Shown here piece after piece: positions 39,410-53,172 of a stretch of DNA of 64,000 nucleotides (the first letter of the stretch is position 1; each line of letters begins with the position of its first letter). Made by a program: the position numbers and the translations under genes. Source of the DNA: Podarcis filfolensis (taxonomy: Eukaryota); the NCBI GenBank assembly GCA_964270895.1, contig OZ185444.1. One strand, written 5' to 3'. The notes under the pieces were generated by a model. It was not told the DNA's origin. It made no database searches and saw nothing but the letters and a program-made list of their open reading frames with translations.

Positions 39410-40945
39410 AACTACTGCTGAACAAGTGTATTAGCAAGGCAGCTACAGCAAAGGCTTACCTCTCCATAATGGTATGGGAGAAGGCATCTCCTCCTCCTAG
39501 AGGGGAGGAGTTGTGAGCGGGAGCAGCTTCCCGCAGCGGCAGGGAGGTATATTTGGCGCCCTACCTCTGATTGCCTCTGCTGCCGTGGCCAAACCTTTTA
39601 GCCGACCAATAATGCCAGCTGGTGAGCGGGGTTTAGCTGCATTTAAGCAGCCACGGCAGCACTCTGACCTCAGCCGGTTCCTGCTTGCATTGGATCTCCC
39701 GCCCTCCCTCCCTTTTAGGTCAGCTTTCTCTTCGTATTGACCTTGCTATGGACTTCAGTTGGTTGACTTTTTTATCCATTTGGCAAATTGGTACCAGCCT
39801 CTTGGTTTTTTCGCCTACCTTGTAGCAACTCGTCACAACTTTTTTGGTATTGGCGGTTAGGCATTGGAATATGTATACTGTGTTGGAGGATTGGGTATGG
39901 CCATCATCTACCCCTCCTCTTTTGGGTATTCTGTTAAAGGAATCCGGTGGTTGTGGATCCTGTCCGATGCCCTGCTGGTGGTGACATGACCCCCGGTGTT
40001 GTCATGGGGAAGCTTCCAGTTGTATTTGCATCAACAAGCTCCTTCCATTGGTTGTTAACCCCTGAAATGGCTCCCCGCTGAGTGGGGTGGAGTCATTTAT
40101 TGCTGTTTTATCCAAAGCCAATACCACTCACATGCTGTAACCAATAAAGTTGTGGCCTAATTTAGCCCATTAACCTAAAATAATGTGTCTTTGTGACTTA
40201 TTATAATCCTATGTGGGTGGCGGGTCCTCGACTCACAATGTGATGCTAATGACCAATACCTAAGATGAAGGTCTACCAGGCTTACATGTTGAGCCTGCTG
40301 CTTTATGGAAGTGAGTCACTGGCAACTTATACCCACCAAGAGTGATGCCTCAGTGCCTTCCAAATGCACTGTGTCAGAAAGATTTTGGCACAACATGACA
40401 GGTCAAAATCTCAAACAAAAAAGTGCTCTATCAAATCCACATTCCAGCATATTCACACTTAACGTCTCAGTGACAGCTACACTGGTTTGGTCATGTACAC
40501 AGAATGGAAGATTGCAGCATCCCCAAGCACATGCTCTGTGGGGAGCTGGCTTCCGGTACTAGGCCTGTTGGCAGACTAACTCTGTGTTACGAAGGTGTTT
40601 GCAAACGTAACAGGAATCCTGGCAACAATAACCTTGCCGTATGGGAAACACTTGTAGATGATCACAGTGCCTGGAGACAGACAGTCAGGTTGTGTATCCA
40701 CAGCAGTGACCAGATGAGGAATGACCACTGGGAGGAGTGCAGAGAGTAGAAACACCATGGTGTACCTGTAGCAGAAAAACTGGATACCTCCTTCTGCCCC
40801 ACCTGTAATAAAACCTGTCTCTCCCATATTGGTCTCTACAGCCACAGCAGGCACTTGTAATTCTCAAACGGTTTGACTTTACCCCTAAAGGCACACCCTT
40901 TCATTGTCTTCTGAGACAGACTGGTGCCATCAGCTACTACCACCG
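39410..40945 (+). mobile_element. RTE-clade LINE fragment split by an LTR-like insertion
   Basis: Left part LNKCISKAATA..VWE (39420-39482); right part MLMTNT-KMKVYQAYMLSLLLYGSE...FCPTCNKTCLSHIGLYSHSR (40238-40860). Confidence 0.75.
39483..40237 (+). mobile_element. LTR-like terminal repeat (solo LTR or Ngaro/DIRS-type repeat) nested in RTE
   Basis: TGTGAG (39512)...CTCACA (40237) inverted ends, CpG-containing body, AATAAAGTTGTGGCC at ~40144. Confidence 0.55.
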
Positions 40946-41214
40946 CCAACTTAACTAGACTCTACTCTAACCCATCTGTGTTGTGATGTCCCACATACAG
41001 GCTCTGTGACTTAGTTCAAAGATCAAATGCAAGGAAATCAATATAAGGAAAGAGATATGGCCTTGGTCCAAACAATGTGGTGGGCAGGGCAATAGCTACA
41101 TATATTTAAAATGCTAATAGATAAAGAAAACGCAAAGCAATTATTTTTTCATGTGACACTAAAAATCAGTGATCAGTAATTAATGGTGATTTTTCTGTTT
41201 TTATCCTCGTCCAG

Positions 41215-41267
41215 GGCAAACTATATAGTTGCACTGATAGCTCCAAGCAAACAGAAGCAGAGTGCAG
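41215..41267 (+). CDS. CACNA1C: Exon 26 (53 nt; domain III extracellular loop)
   Basis: gtccag|[17 protein letters not shown](R)|gtgagc. Confidence 0.96.
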
Positions 41268-41370
41268 GTGAGCGCATCATCTCTGATCAGCATTCCATAT
41301 TAACTGGACCTAATGCAAAAAACTCATTGCTGTATATTTGTTTCTCCCTTTTCCTTCCTTCTCCTAACAG

Positions 41371-41517
41371 GGGCAATTTTATCACCTACAAGGATGGAGA
41401 AGTGTCTCAACCAATTATCCAGGCTCGAAGTTGGGAGAACAGCAAATTTGATTTTGACAATGTCCTCACTGCCATGATGGCCCTCTTCACTGTTTCAACA
41501 TTTGAAGGCTGGCCAGA
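41371..41517 (+). CDS. CACNA1C: Exon 27 (147 nt; pore III)
   Basis: taacag|[48 protein letters not shown](E)|gtgagt. Confidence 0.97.
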
Positions 41518-42008
41518 GTGAGTACATAAGGCTAATTCATAAAACCATTTTTATTTGGTGGACTCAAAAGGAGCATTGAGAATGCATCAGCATGAACAAA
41601 TTATATCGTCTTAGTTCAACCCCCTTTTTCAAAAGCTCTACAAGAGATTATGACTTTCATTTTTGACACTTAATGAAGCATTCACAAGACAGGTTCAATA
41701 TGCCAAAACCTGGAAACTTTCTATGTTCAGATATTGCCTTCTTGTGCATGCTTCTAGCAGCTCAGGAAGTATCCTGGATGACAGCAGGGATCATTCTTTT
41801 ATCTTGGGATGCTTCCGTACTTGTTGTCTGAAACTGGTGACACAGACTGTACAGTTCAAGGTACTCCTATACTCGTTGCTGTCAGCCTTGTGATTTGCAG
41901 AGTCTAGTGTGGACAGAAGCACTCCTCAGATCAGTGTACCCAATCCCTGCAGCTAGGGGCTCCTGGAAGTGCCCTTAGTGTCTGTCTTGGGTTCTCTCCT
42001 TTTTTTAG

Positions 42009-42210
42009 ACTGCTGTACCGATCCATTGATTCCCATATGGAAGATGTGGGGCCCATTTATAACCACAGGGTGGAGATCTCTATTTTCTTCATTATCTACA
42101 TCATCATCATCGCTTTCTTCATGATGAACATCTTCGTTGGTTTCGTCATCGTCACTTTTCAGGAGCAAGGAGAGCAGGAGTACAAGAACTGTGAGCTGGA
42201 CAAGAACCAG
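42009..42210 (+). CDS. CACNA1C: Exon 28 (202 nt; IIIS6, III-IV linker)
   Basis: ttttag|[67 protein letters not shown]|gtaatt. Confidence 0.97.
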
Positions 42211-42419
42211 GTAATTTAAGTACTCCATGGTGTGGCCAAAGAAATAAAATACATTCCTTTAGTAGGTAAAATTCTTCTAATACGTAAAGTAATGTTTTTG
42301 ATAGAAGCTAATGTACAAGCCTAATTCTGATGCCACATATCTTTAAACAAGTTGATGGTTCTGTTCACTGAGGAAAGAAAGTTCCTTGTGGGAAATTTTG
42401 GTTGGAAGGTGAAGAGATA

Positions 42420-43065
42420 TATTTGATTTTATACCCTGCCCTTCCTCCCAAAGGAGCCCAGGGCAGTTAACACATGTTTTTGAAATTTTCCTGAAAGTCA
42501 GTAATGACGGAACAGACTCATCTCACTAGGGAGGGCATTCCACAAATGGGAAATGGCCAGTAAAAAGGTCCTGTTATGGGTCAATATCTATGACGAATCA
42601 ACACCAACCAGGTAGCCCTCACCTTCAGTGGCAGCATCTCCAACAAGGCCTAGGGTTGCCCTACATCTAGAATTTTCCGGACATAGCCAGGATTTGACCC
42701 TTGGATTTGACCAACTCAGGCGGAAATTGCTTAAATGTCCGGGAAAATCCGGACGTATGGTAACCCATGACAGAAGTATAGATATCCTTTAAAATAGCTC
42801 AAAACTCTCTCAACAACTTTTGTGTCCGGATTTTCACTTTTTGAAATATGGAAACCCTTTCAGTTGCCATTTATAGGGTCTGATATGGTCCTTAAGGTAC
42901 TTGGGTCCTAAGTCATTTAGGGCTTTATATGCTAATACCTTGAGTTGGGCATAGTAGCTAAGTGGCAGCCAGTGTAGCTTTGAGGACTGGTGACACATGG
43001 TCCCATCAGGCTGCCCCCCCTTACCAGCCTATCAGCTGCATTCTACACCACCTGCATTCTGCAAC
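42420..43065 (-). mobile_element. L2-like 3' fragment with a nested hAT MITE
   Basis: Reverse tail ataccctgcccttcctcccaaaggagcccagggc; cagcctatcagctgcattctacacc is the reverse of an L2 QNAAA motif. Confidence 0.6.
42651..42860. mobile_element. hAT-type MITE
   Basis: TAGGGTTGCC left end; right-end copies GACGTATGGTAACCCA (to 42767) and GAAATATGGAAACCCT (to ~42858). Confidence 0.65.
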
Positions 43066-43470
43066 TTAGAGATCCAAGAGATTCCATGTTGCACTTCAGC
43101 CTTCTTTCATTGACTGTCTTCTTGGGAGAAAATAGCATTTTTGTAGCTCACAAGTGTGTTTATGGAAATATATTCTTATAACAAACTCAGCTGATGAGTG
43201 CCAACAGGATTCGAGTCAAAACAGCCACTGAGAAACAAGAGCATGGTGGAGGAACCCTGAGGATTGCAGGTGTATAATAAAGCTAATAAAGAGTGGAATG
43301 GAGTATCCTGGAGTATGGCTGGCTGACTGACTGGAATGCTGTATAGAAATATTCCTGTTAGAATGTGAATATACAATGCATCATCTTGTTGCAGGTCCCA
43401 AATGCAAACATATTTGAGCCACCACCAACTTATTGTAGACACATACTGGGTTGTAGTCAACTACCTGTTA

Positions 43471-43696
43471 CAGTGGTACCTCGGGTTAAGTACTTAATTC
43501 GTTCCGGAAGTCCGTTCTTAACCTGAAATTGTTCTTAATCTGAAGCACCACTTTAACTAATGGGGCCTCCTGCTGCTGCTGCGCCGCAGGAGCACAATTT
43601 CTGTTCTCATTCTGAAGCAAAGTTCTTAACCCAAGGTACTCTTTCTGGGTTAGCGGAGTCTGTAACCTGAAGCGTATGTAACCCGAGGTACCACTG
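43471..43696. mobile_element. Tigger/pogo-like MITE, same family as 21386-21627
   Basis: Identical TIRs CAGTGGTACCTCGGGTTA, TA TSD, highly similar body. Confidence 0.92.
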
Positions 43697-44901
43697 TACT
43701 TAGAGGAGACCCATTGAAATTAATTGTCATCTTCCTGGTTTGTCGCTGACTACGACAGAGCGCAGATCTAGCCCTCTGGGGAAGATATGAGCTTTGCGGG
43801 GGGATAGAGGTCACACAAAGGCGCTGTGGACCTCAAAACCCCCGAAAGGATTTGTTTTGGGTGCACAGGATCTGGCTGCGCTCTGGGCGATCTCTCCTGT
43901 CTCCTGGATCGCTCTGTAAAGAGTGAAGAAGAAAGACAGGATTGAGGTGCAAGTGCTGGGATCCATCACTATCTCCACAAAGTGAAGTCTCTGGCTCTGA
44001 GTGGATTTAGCGGCAGGCTTTTCAGAACATAAAAAGCCGAAATTTAAACAGAAGATTTAAATTTTGAACGATTTGGATTGATTTGGAAAATATTCGGTGT
44101 GAGATGGGATGAAAAAAGGAAGTCCTCCCCAGCTGTGCTGAGACATAATTTGCTTGGAGCTTTTCTATAAATCTTAAAGTTACTTTTAAACTTTCCCTGC
44201 TAAGTGGACCTTTTTGTAAATTAATTCCACCCGTCCCCGATATAATGGAGGATGGAGTTTGCTTTATTTTAAGTTTTTTTATTTTTTGTATTGAAGTGGA
44301 CTGCTATTTTGATAAAACTTTGATAAATACTGTTTTAGTGCACAATTGATATACTTTCTTACTGGCAAGACCAAGAGTTAAAAACTGGCAAACTGTCCCT
44401 TATTGCTTCTCCCCTGCCCCATCCTTGGGGAGGCTACAGCGAGATTGGAGAGGGGGTGCCACACAGAGTATTTTCCAATTTGCATTTTAAAGCCTTTTGA
44501 TCAATCAGATCTATTGGCAGACTGTGATTTTATCTGAGCTATCTTGGAAATATTTTGTTTTTCTTTCTTTTTTTACCACCTCCTCCCCTTTTGTCCCATT
44601 TTGAGTTAAATACAACCCACTGGTTTTTCATATTTGTTTTTCAAAATTTATATGATGTAACCTATGGATAGTGGCAGCTGGTGTTTAAAAGTGTGGATAG
44701 AGCACCCCCAAATTCCTCCTACTCCTAAAGAGGTATCTCCTGGATTCTTACATATGATGCATACAAGTTCTTGTCACAGCTTGATTTTTTTAGTGTGAGA
44801 AACTGATGACCACCAGTGATAATTTCCAGAAGAATAGCATTAGTCAGTTGTAGCAAAAATAACAGTACATCTTATGACTCCTTAAAGACTGACAATTTAT
44901 C

Positions 44902-45037
44902 TAGGGTTGCCATGTTTTGAAGAGCAAAAAAGAGGACACTATGACAGCCATTCACAGCAAATACATGCAATCTGTCTCAAATTTTACCCCTGAAAGAAGG
45001 GACGTGTCCTGGAAAAAGAGGACACATGGTAACTCCC
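44902..45037. mobile_element. hAT-type MITE
   Basis: TAGGGTTGCCAT...GAGGACAC left and GAGGACACATGGTAAC right, with subterminal repeats. Confidence 0.6.
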
Positions 45038-45337
45038 CCCCAAAAAAAATATAGCATAACTTCTTGTGGAATTCTGAGTAGCAGTCTCATTGGTTACATC
45101 TGGCACAATGAACTTAGCCACGGTAAGTCATGTTATTATCTACGACATCACAAGGCTCTGTTATTATTAAATTGTGCTATATTTACAAAAACACCAACTT
45201 GCAATGGTCTTTTGCTATCACCTACCCTAGAGGACAGGAGCCTCTGTTTTGAAAATTTATGATCTAAAAGATTGAGTTGAATTGTCCAGAAACTTTTTTG
45301 TCACACAAGTATCATCTAACCCACTGTTCTTTCTTAA

Positions 45338-45571
<234 letters not shown>

Positions 45572-45854
45572 TGAATAGCTTGCTGGAAATGGGGAATATT
45601 TAGAATCTCCTGTAAAAGTTGTTTTAACTTGTTGCTTGCTATGGATTAGAGCTGTAATTAGAAATGACACTTATTGGCTATGACATTAGCAGTTGTCACA
45701 TATTCTGATAACTGAGGTATGTGTTTTTTTAAACATAACTATAGTGTTGTCTACTAGATATATAATTGTGGGCAACAAGGTGGTATAGGTTTTTGAGGGT
45801 GGAGAGTTGAGTATAATGCTGGAGAACAATAATCAAGAACGAAGTTCCCCATGA

Positions 45855-46060
45855 GTGATGTAGTACATAGGCTGGAAAAACCTCAGGTCAAATTTTACCC
45901 AGTTTAAACTCAGGAAGTAACTTTCAGCAAACTACTATTCTTTCAACCACAGCCCTCTCACTATAATATGAGGATAATAATACTACCCTACTGCATGGAG
46001 TCAATGGGTTGTTCTAAAGTTAACTGAGATGAAAAGTGTTTTATACATTTGAAATGAGTT
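45855..46060 (+). mobile_element. Old MIR/CORE-like SINE remnant
   Basis: gtgatgtagt...aggataataatactaccctac resembles a CORE-SINE head and core; similar heads at ~13240 and ~36505. Confidence 0.4.
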
Positions 46061-46226
46061 GTATTGTAAGTATTGGTGTGGTTTTAATAGATTTTAAATG
46101 TATATACGTATAGTTCAAATTCTATCAATGTTTAATTGTTTATTAATTATATATTTCTGTGTTTTTAGCTGTTCTTAATTTTCTCCTTAAGCCACCTAGA
46201 GTCCCTGTCAGGAGAAAAGGCTGAGG

Positions 46227-46270
<44 letters not shown>

Positions 46271-46272
46271 TT
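46227..46272. repeat. (TTTA)n microsatellite
   Basis: About 11 units, at an L2-like tail. Confidence 0.9.
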
Positions 46273-46576
46273 CATACATACATGCATACATACTCTGCCC
46301 ATGGTTGCTGGAAGTACCACTCAGACAGTGCATTGGCTTTCTCACCATGAAGGCAAGAAAGAAGAAAAAAAACCTTCAGGCTTCTAAAGAGATCATCATA
46401 TTGCAGTAGATAGAAAACCATACTCTGTGCTGTGAATTAATTAAAAGATAAAGGAATCACAAACTATTGGCAATGAGAACCTCTTTAGCAAACAGATAGA
46501 AAGGCAAAGGTGAATATGTGTACAATCCAAACAATATGCTTTTCAAAAATGAAAAATGAGGTGACTTGTTTTTCAG

Positions 46577-46687
46577 CACTATGGTCAGAGTTGCATCTTC
46601 AAGGAAGCAATGAACATCCTCAACATGCTCTTCACTGGTCTCTTCACCGTCGAGATGGTTCTGAAATTAATTGCCTTCAAACCCAAG
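46577..46687 (+). CDS. CACNA1C: Exon 30 (111 nt; IVS2)
   Basis: tttcag|[37 protein letters not shown]|gtagct. Confidence 0.97.
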
Positions 46688-49600
46688 GTAGCTATTGCCT
46701 CTCAGGTTTTCTCTCTGTTCATTGTCCTATGGGGTCAAAGGGAGGACAGGAGGATTTGGAATGAGGTAATAAACCTGGAATTATCTCCCACTGTTCCATC
46801 ATCTGTTCAGGAGATGGACTTGTGCAGTTGTTGTCTGGACTGGAGTCTCAATCTGTGCTTGGAGGAGCCTTTCATTCTTGTGTTAAGCATAGGGATAGAA
46901 TAGCCATGCCTCTTAGGAATACAAAATTCCAGCGATTATTCATAGTATTTACTCTAGAGCTGGGCAGTAATTCAGTATTTTCACATCTACATATCATACA
47001 GTACCGTCTTTGAGGCAGAGAGCCCCCACAAGGTGACATTTCCCATATAATTTTTAAAATGTTTTTTTGAGAATGCCTGCAACATGGTAAAATAACTACA
47101 TCTGGGAAACATTTTTTCCCCAAGACGTTTGTTTGTTTACACGGGGTCCTACTGAGTGTGGGTCTCTTTAAAGACCAGCCTTCCACATGAATGCTGAAGG
47201 AAACTACTGCCTCATTCTCATTTATCCAGCTCCAAAATGAATGTGTGACTTAGCCCCTAGACTCTGAAGTTTGTTGCATAGCTGGTACTGGTCAGAGAAG
47301 GTTATACGCCAGGCCCATAAACATAATATATTTTGTCTCTATGCATTTGAAAGGTTTCTACTTGTAAGTATTTTGTCCTTGATTTTGGGAAGCCTTTTTG
47401 TACTACACCAGTAGAAATGTGTTTTGTCTATGAATTGATAAACAGGAAGCTCTTCATTTGCATTTGAATAGTAGATTTTAAATTACAGTCAGTAACAGGT
47501 TTTTATAGATTGTTAAGGAGCTGGATTTCACTTTTCATATACACTTATGGTTCATCATGCTCTGTAAGACTGACATCCAAGTTTGTGTGAGAGTGAATAT
47601 CCTACTATTTCATGGGATACTGCAGATAAGAAGAAACTGTGGGTGTGAGGTCCTGGGACTATTGAGAGGAGTGTGCCTGTTATTAAATATATTTTTAAAT
47701 ACATAACTGAACCTGATACTGTATTCTCTATATCCGTGCTCTAACTCAGCACCCTTAACCAACTAATATTCCCAGGGGCTGGGACACCATTTTCTGGTTT
47801 GCCTCAGGCGACAAAGTGTCTTGGGCCAGTTTTCAAGGAGTCCACTACCTGATCCATTTATTATTATTATTATTTATTTATTTACGACTATTAGCCCATA
47901 AAATATGTACAAACATAAAAACACAGAGACTTAAAAACAGATATATCCGACAACAGAAGGTGAACACCACGATGCAAGGGTGGGTCACCTGATCCATTGG
48001 ATTCCTATGGAAAAGGCCTTTCATTACCTGAAGTAACTCCACAGACCAGCATTGTGTGGATACAATAGTAGCACAGGAGTAAAATTTATTTGCTACCATC
48101 ACTTCAACAGAATAAGCCCTATCACAGACCCAGTTTTACAATTTCTCTCAACTCTACAGAGTACCAAGAAGCTTAAAGGACTCTTCAGTTTGACTGAGAT
48201 TCTTGGGAGTGATCATATCTATAGCCTGGGTTATCTCCCTGTTACAGGCAAGGAACAGGACCTCAACAGGGATACTGGATAAGGCTCCAGAAAAATCCCC
48301 TAGGGCTGCATAAAACCTTTCGTATTCATCTGCTTGCAGGAGGCAGACTGATGAAATTGGTCCTCCATTCTTATGGAGGTTACAGAGGCAAAGAACATGA
48401 TGACTGAGAAGCTGAGTGAGAAGATGCAAAAGAAGGGGAATAGACAATGGCCAGAGGGAGGGGGTTGTAGGATGAGACAGAAGAGTGAGAGAAGGATGGT
48501 GAGATACAAATCACGGATTATTTAACTGTGATTCCTGCATTGCAGGGGGTTGGACTAGATGATCCTATGGGAACCTTCCAATGCTATAACTCTATGAAAT
48601 GGTGACAGAGCTTCCAAACCATACATATATATCTATGGAGAGGGACATCTAATCTTTTCAGCATGATTGCTCAGTAGGCAGCTGCACAGTTTATCATCAA
48701 TGAGCTTTAATGTGTCACATGGTGCTACATTTCTTGGGTTAGTTTTGGGAGATGTGCCATCCCCTTCTTTACTTTTTGACCTTATTGAAAAGAAATTGTG
48801 CAACATGGCTAACCAATTCCACAGCAGATAGATAATTAATCTGGCAGGGAAAATCTGGTGCAAAGAAACGGGCAGGAGCTTCATGGAACAGGGACCATTA
48901 CTTTCTCAGCAAATGTATCCAGGGAATTTGCATGTTACTGCAACATTGTGACAGATTTATTTCAAGACTAGAACTTGAAATTTTAACAATGTCATTATGA
49001 ATTATTTTTTTAAAAATTATATGACTGAGCACAATGTGGTGGTGTGGGAAGCACCAGATTAGCTATTATGCTTAATTATTTATTTAATATAGAAAATTAT
49101 TCGCACAGTTTAAAAAGCCCAGTGGGATGGTGCCTGCACAACTGTGCCTGCAGGAACAGCAGCTGCACAAAAAATGAATAATCCTAGAGGAAAGGTATTT
49201 CATTCATCAAAGGAAAACCCTCATCCCCACAGTATGAAAATGCACTCAAACAGTGAGAAACAGTTGAATATGTTTCAGTTGAGGTTAACTGATTCTAATC
49301 TATAAGCCTTGGAACAAGAATATCTCAAGGATTGATTGCAAGTTTCTATATGAACCAGCCTAGTTTGGGGAGTTTCTTCTATGGATACTTACACCAGCTG
49401 GAGCCAGGTGGTTGGTTACTGGAGATGTGGAGTTTTCAGTTGTGGCACCCCAGCTTTGAAATGTGTTCTCTTTGCCTAAATAGTGCCGGTAATAACTTAT
49501 GTTTTCTAGGTGTTTTAACTCAACTTCTTATTTTATCAGTAGCTGCTTTTAGCATTTTAGCAGCTTCTGTTTAGGGTTTTAGTTTTAGTTTATTCTGATG

Positions 49601-49775
49601 TTTCAGTGTTTATTGTTTCATGATTTGTAAGGTGCCTTCTGATGGGGATGTAAGAAGGCATTTGAATTCCATTCCAGCCCATGTTTATTGCATGCAGCAC
49701 TGTTTTTCTTTTTCACTACAGTCAGCTTCTGACAGACACAGCATTATCTCTCTCACTATCTACTGTGGCAGAATC

Positions 49776-49776
<1 letters not shown>

Positions 49777-49806
<30 letters not shown>

Positions 49807-49809
49807 CAT
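49777..49809. repeat. (TACA)n microsatellite
   Basis: About 8 units. Confidence 0.9.
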
Positions 49810-49994
49810 TATTATGTTATTCCATACCATTTATTTCAGCGCAAAGGGCATTCCTTTAAATGCAAAGGAAACACAATAGAAATGGAAAAAATATTGTCAA
49901 CTATGTACCTTTTATGGACTGAAAACAACAGCAAATACTGACTGTATTAGCTGGATTGATTTCTGTTCTGGACATGGGATGAATAAACTAACAA

Positions 49995-50205
49995 CTAAAC
50001 ATCAGGAAGAACTTTCTGATGGTAAGAGCTGTTAGTGGAACAAACTCTCCCAGAAGGTGGTGGACTTTACTTCCTTGGAGGTTTTTAAGCAGAGGTTGGA
50101 TGGCCATCTGTCATGGATGCTTTAGTTGAGATTCCTGCATGGCAGGATGTTGGACTAGATGACCCTCAGGGTCCCTTCCAACTCTACAGTTCTATGATTT
50201 TATGA
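49995..50205 (+). mobile_element. CR1 LINE 3' end
   Basis: ctaaacatcaggaagaac...gttggactagatgaccctcagggtcccttccaactctacagttctatg; shorter tails at ~48527-48598 and ~20354-20398. Confidence 0.88.
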
Positions 50206-53172
50206 ACAGAGTCCTCACTGCTTGAGATAAGCTGTCACACTGTAACAAAGCAAATCTCCAACCTCTGCTTCTCTTCAAAATCTCTAAAGCACCTACACAC
50301 TTAAGCTACTATACAAGACAATATCATGTTACTAAAGCTGTTGAGTTACAAGAAAAAGAGATGACACCCTGATTCTATTATCCCTTTTCCATTTCCTGTC
50401 ATAAGATCTCCAACATATATGTCTCCAACATACAATGAGATATTTGCCCCTTGTCTGGCAGGGACCCAAGAACATTATCCTTTTCAGTGTAAGCATCTTC
50501 CTCTCTGATCTTCATGAATAATAAATACTACGTACTTATCTCAATCTTAAAACCCCAACCCTTCCACAGATCTTTCTACAAGAGAGTCAAGTACACACCA
50601 CTTAAATTACATTTTACAGCATATGCAGATGTTGAACAGAGCAGTGCATCTGCAACACCTCAAAAAGATTGACCTGCTATTTGACTCTTAGGCAAGATTT
50701 CTAAGGTAGAAGATAAACAGCTGATAACTCCTTATAGTTTTCAAAAACTGCTAACCATCAGTATTATACTGGAATATCTATTTTAATTTTTATCTGAGTG
50801 TGTGAATAAGAATTTTGTGTAACACACAAGCTTATATCAATATTTTAAACAGTAATTAGATAAGCAAAAAGTTCCACATGGGTAAGCAAAAGTGTCCAAT
50901 CAAATCTTGTTGATAACCTGCAGTATCTGAGCTGCTTGCTCTTTCTGTAATGCATACAAATTCTCACCATGATCATGCTCTCTATAACTGCCCTTCCCCC
51001 CTGGATTATTTAAAGTGTGGGCTGGTCTCTGAGCTTTTATCAAAGACAAACTCATGGTAGAATGGCAAAACAAATAGAACCTCTTCATTTCCACCAAAGA
51101 GAATTGTATGGAATCATATGCTATCAACACATCCTGAAAAAATGTGCCTGCCAGACTCAAATAGACAAATCCTGTGGAATGTTACTGGGCATCAACAGCA
51201 ATGGACACCAAGCAGAAATAATGAGCTTCCAGAAGCTGCAATCAGCTAAGTAGAACCTGTTTGGCAAAGGATATTTCACAAAGTATCAGCCATAGTAGAA
51301 CAATTGGTGGCAATGGATCCAACACTGGCCCCTTTTCCAGTGTATATGGAAGCCATGTGTGGGCTCCATAGCAAATAATTATATTCTTGCTAACAGCAGC
51401 CCAATTACAAATAGCTCAGTATTATTCATCATTCTTCACAACTGCTGCTGTTCATTATTGTTCATTAATTTATATTCCACTTAATTGCCGAAGTAGCTTC
51501 TAAGCAGTATGTAACCAATTACAAAAAGTGTAAACGCACATGGGAGACATTTGCAGTAGTTAGTCATTACAGTACAGGCTCTCCCTTCCCTTACTTACCC
51601 CTGTGGGCCATACTGTCTTAGTAACCCCAGCTGGAGTGGAGTTTGGAATGGAGTATTTGTGTCTGAAGTAGGAACTGTGATAATTTTTGCAATAATCAAG
51701 CTTGCACTCTAGCTGAGGCCCATTTGCTTGCTTGCCAGCTGATCAGGTTTCATGTGAGTGTTAGCAATATTTAGCAGACCAAATTTCTTCAGTCATGAAA
51801 AAATGAACTGCCTGGCAACTTACTGAACCAGGCCATTATAACTGCAACTCATTTCGATATCAGATCTGTTGTGGTGCAAAAAGGTATATTCCCTAGAACT
51901 GCTTAATTGAGAAGATGACAGTAGCCATTAACATTCATTGTTATGTTTCTAATCCTGTATCCTACCATCATTGTATGTGAAGTAGTGGGAGGTAGTAATG
52001 CTTAATGGTACTTTCTGGGCAGCTCTTTTGTTTTTGTTGTTAGCAACCATACACACAGGTACACAGTTTGCTGTACAGTACAAGATGCTATTGCCATGGC
52101 AGTGTCATTGCTCTTGCTAATAGACGATAATTAAAAATAATACAAATTATGTACATTGCCAGATTAAGCAGAAATCTATTTCTAACCATGTCTATTCAAC
52201 ACTTAAGTCCCATTTAAATAAATAGTGCTTACTCTTAAGTAAGTTAAATTAGGATCCCACCCTTAACACACTCTTTAAAAAAACAACACTATCACTAAGT
52301 AAGTATCACAGAAAAATGTAGCCAACTCTGTACCCCACTCCTCTTCACCATTATATTGTTTACATAGAGACCAAATTATGAAAGAAAGAAAGAAAACCCA
52401 TTTACAGGTGTGATTTAAAAGAGACAAAACTGTTGTTCTGTTGATATTGCACGAAGATGAGAACAAAGACACCACTAGAAAAACAAATTACAATACCCCT
52501 GGGGGCACACAAATGGATTCTAGGTGATAGTGGGCAATGATTAACAGTAGCAGAACTGCACATAATCCATTGCACAATAAGTTCTCACAACACAGCCTGG
52601 AGAGTTTTTGCAAAATGCAAGAGTGGGCTCAACTGAGATGTGTTTCATGAGCTGTAGATGAAAATGAGCCAAGTTTACACAAGGACTCTGTGAGAAAATA
52701 CTAATGGGCACACAAATGAGAATACCATCTAATCTAGAGCCCCAGGGCAAGATATCTGTTAGGGTTCTAGGCAGAGGAAGTGTTAGAAATACACTCATGT
52801 TCCCCTCTTTGTAGGAAGTCAGGCTGTTTTGTGCAAAGTGTTCAATTGTGTGCAAAGTACCCTTTCACATAGTTTCCCATCACCAGAGTTCACTCTTGTG
52901 AGCTCTAGCTGTGCATGACCTGGTGCCAGAGAGATTGAGCACCATGCAAGACATCTGAGTATCTGTCTTATGGTCTCCATGTGTGGGGTTTACATCCCAG
53001 TTGCGATTTGCTGTGATTGGGTGCTGATTTATACCACATGATATCTTATGCTTTGCAATGGTGATGTGGGTAGAGTGGTTGTTAATTTGCAGGTGGCTAT
53101 TTTTAAATTTTCCCCTCCCATTCAAGGTCATGTAAAGTTACACTGAGCATCTCCAGACTGTCACTATTTTTA

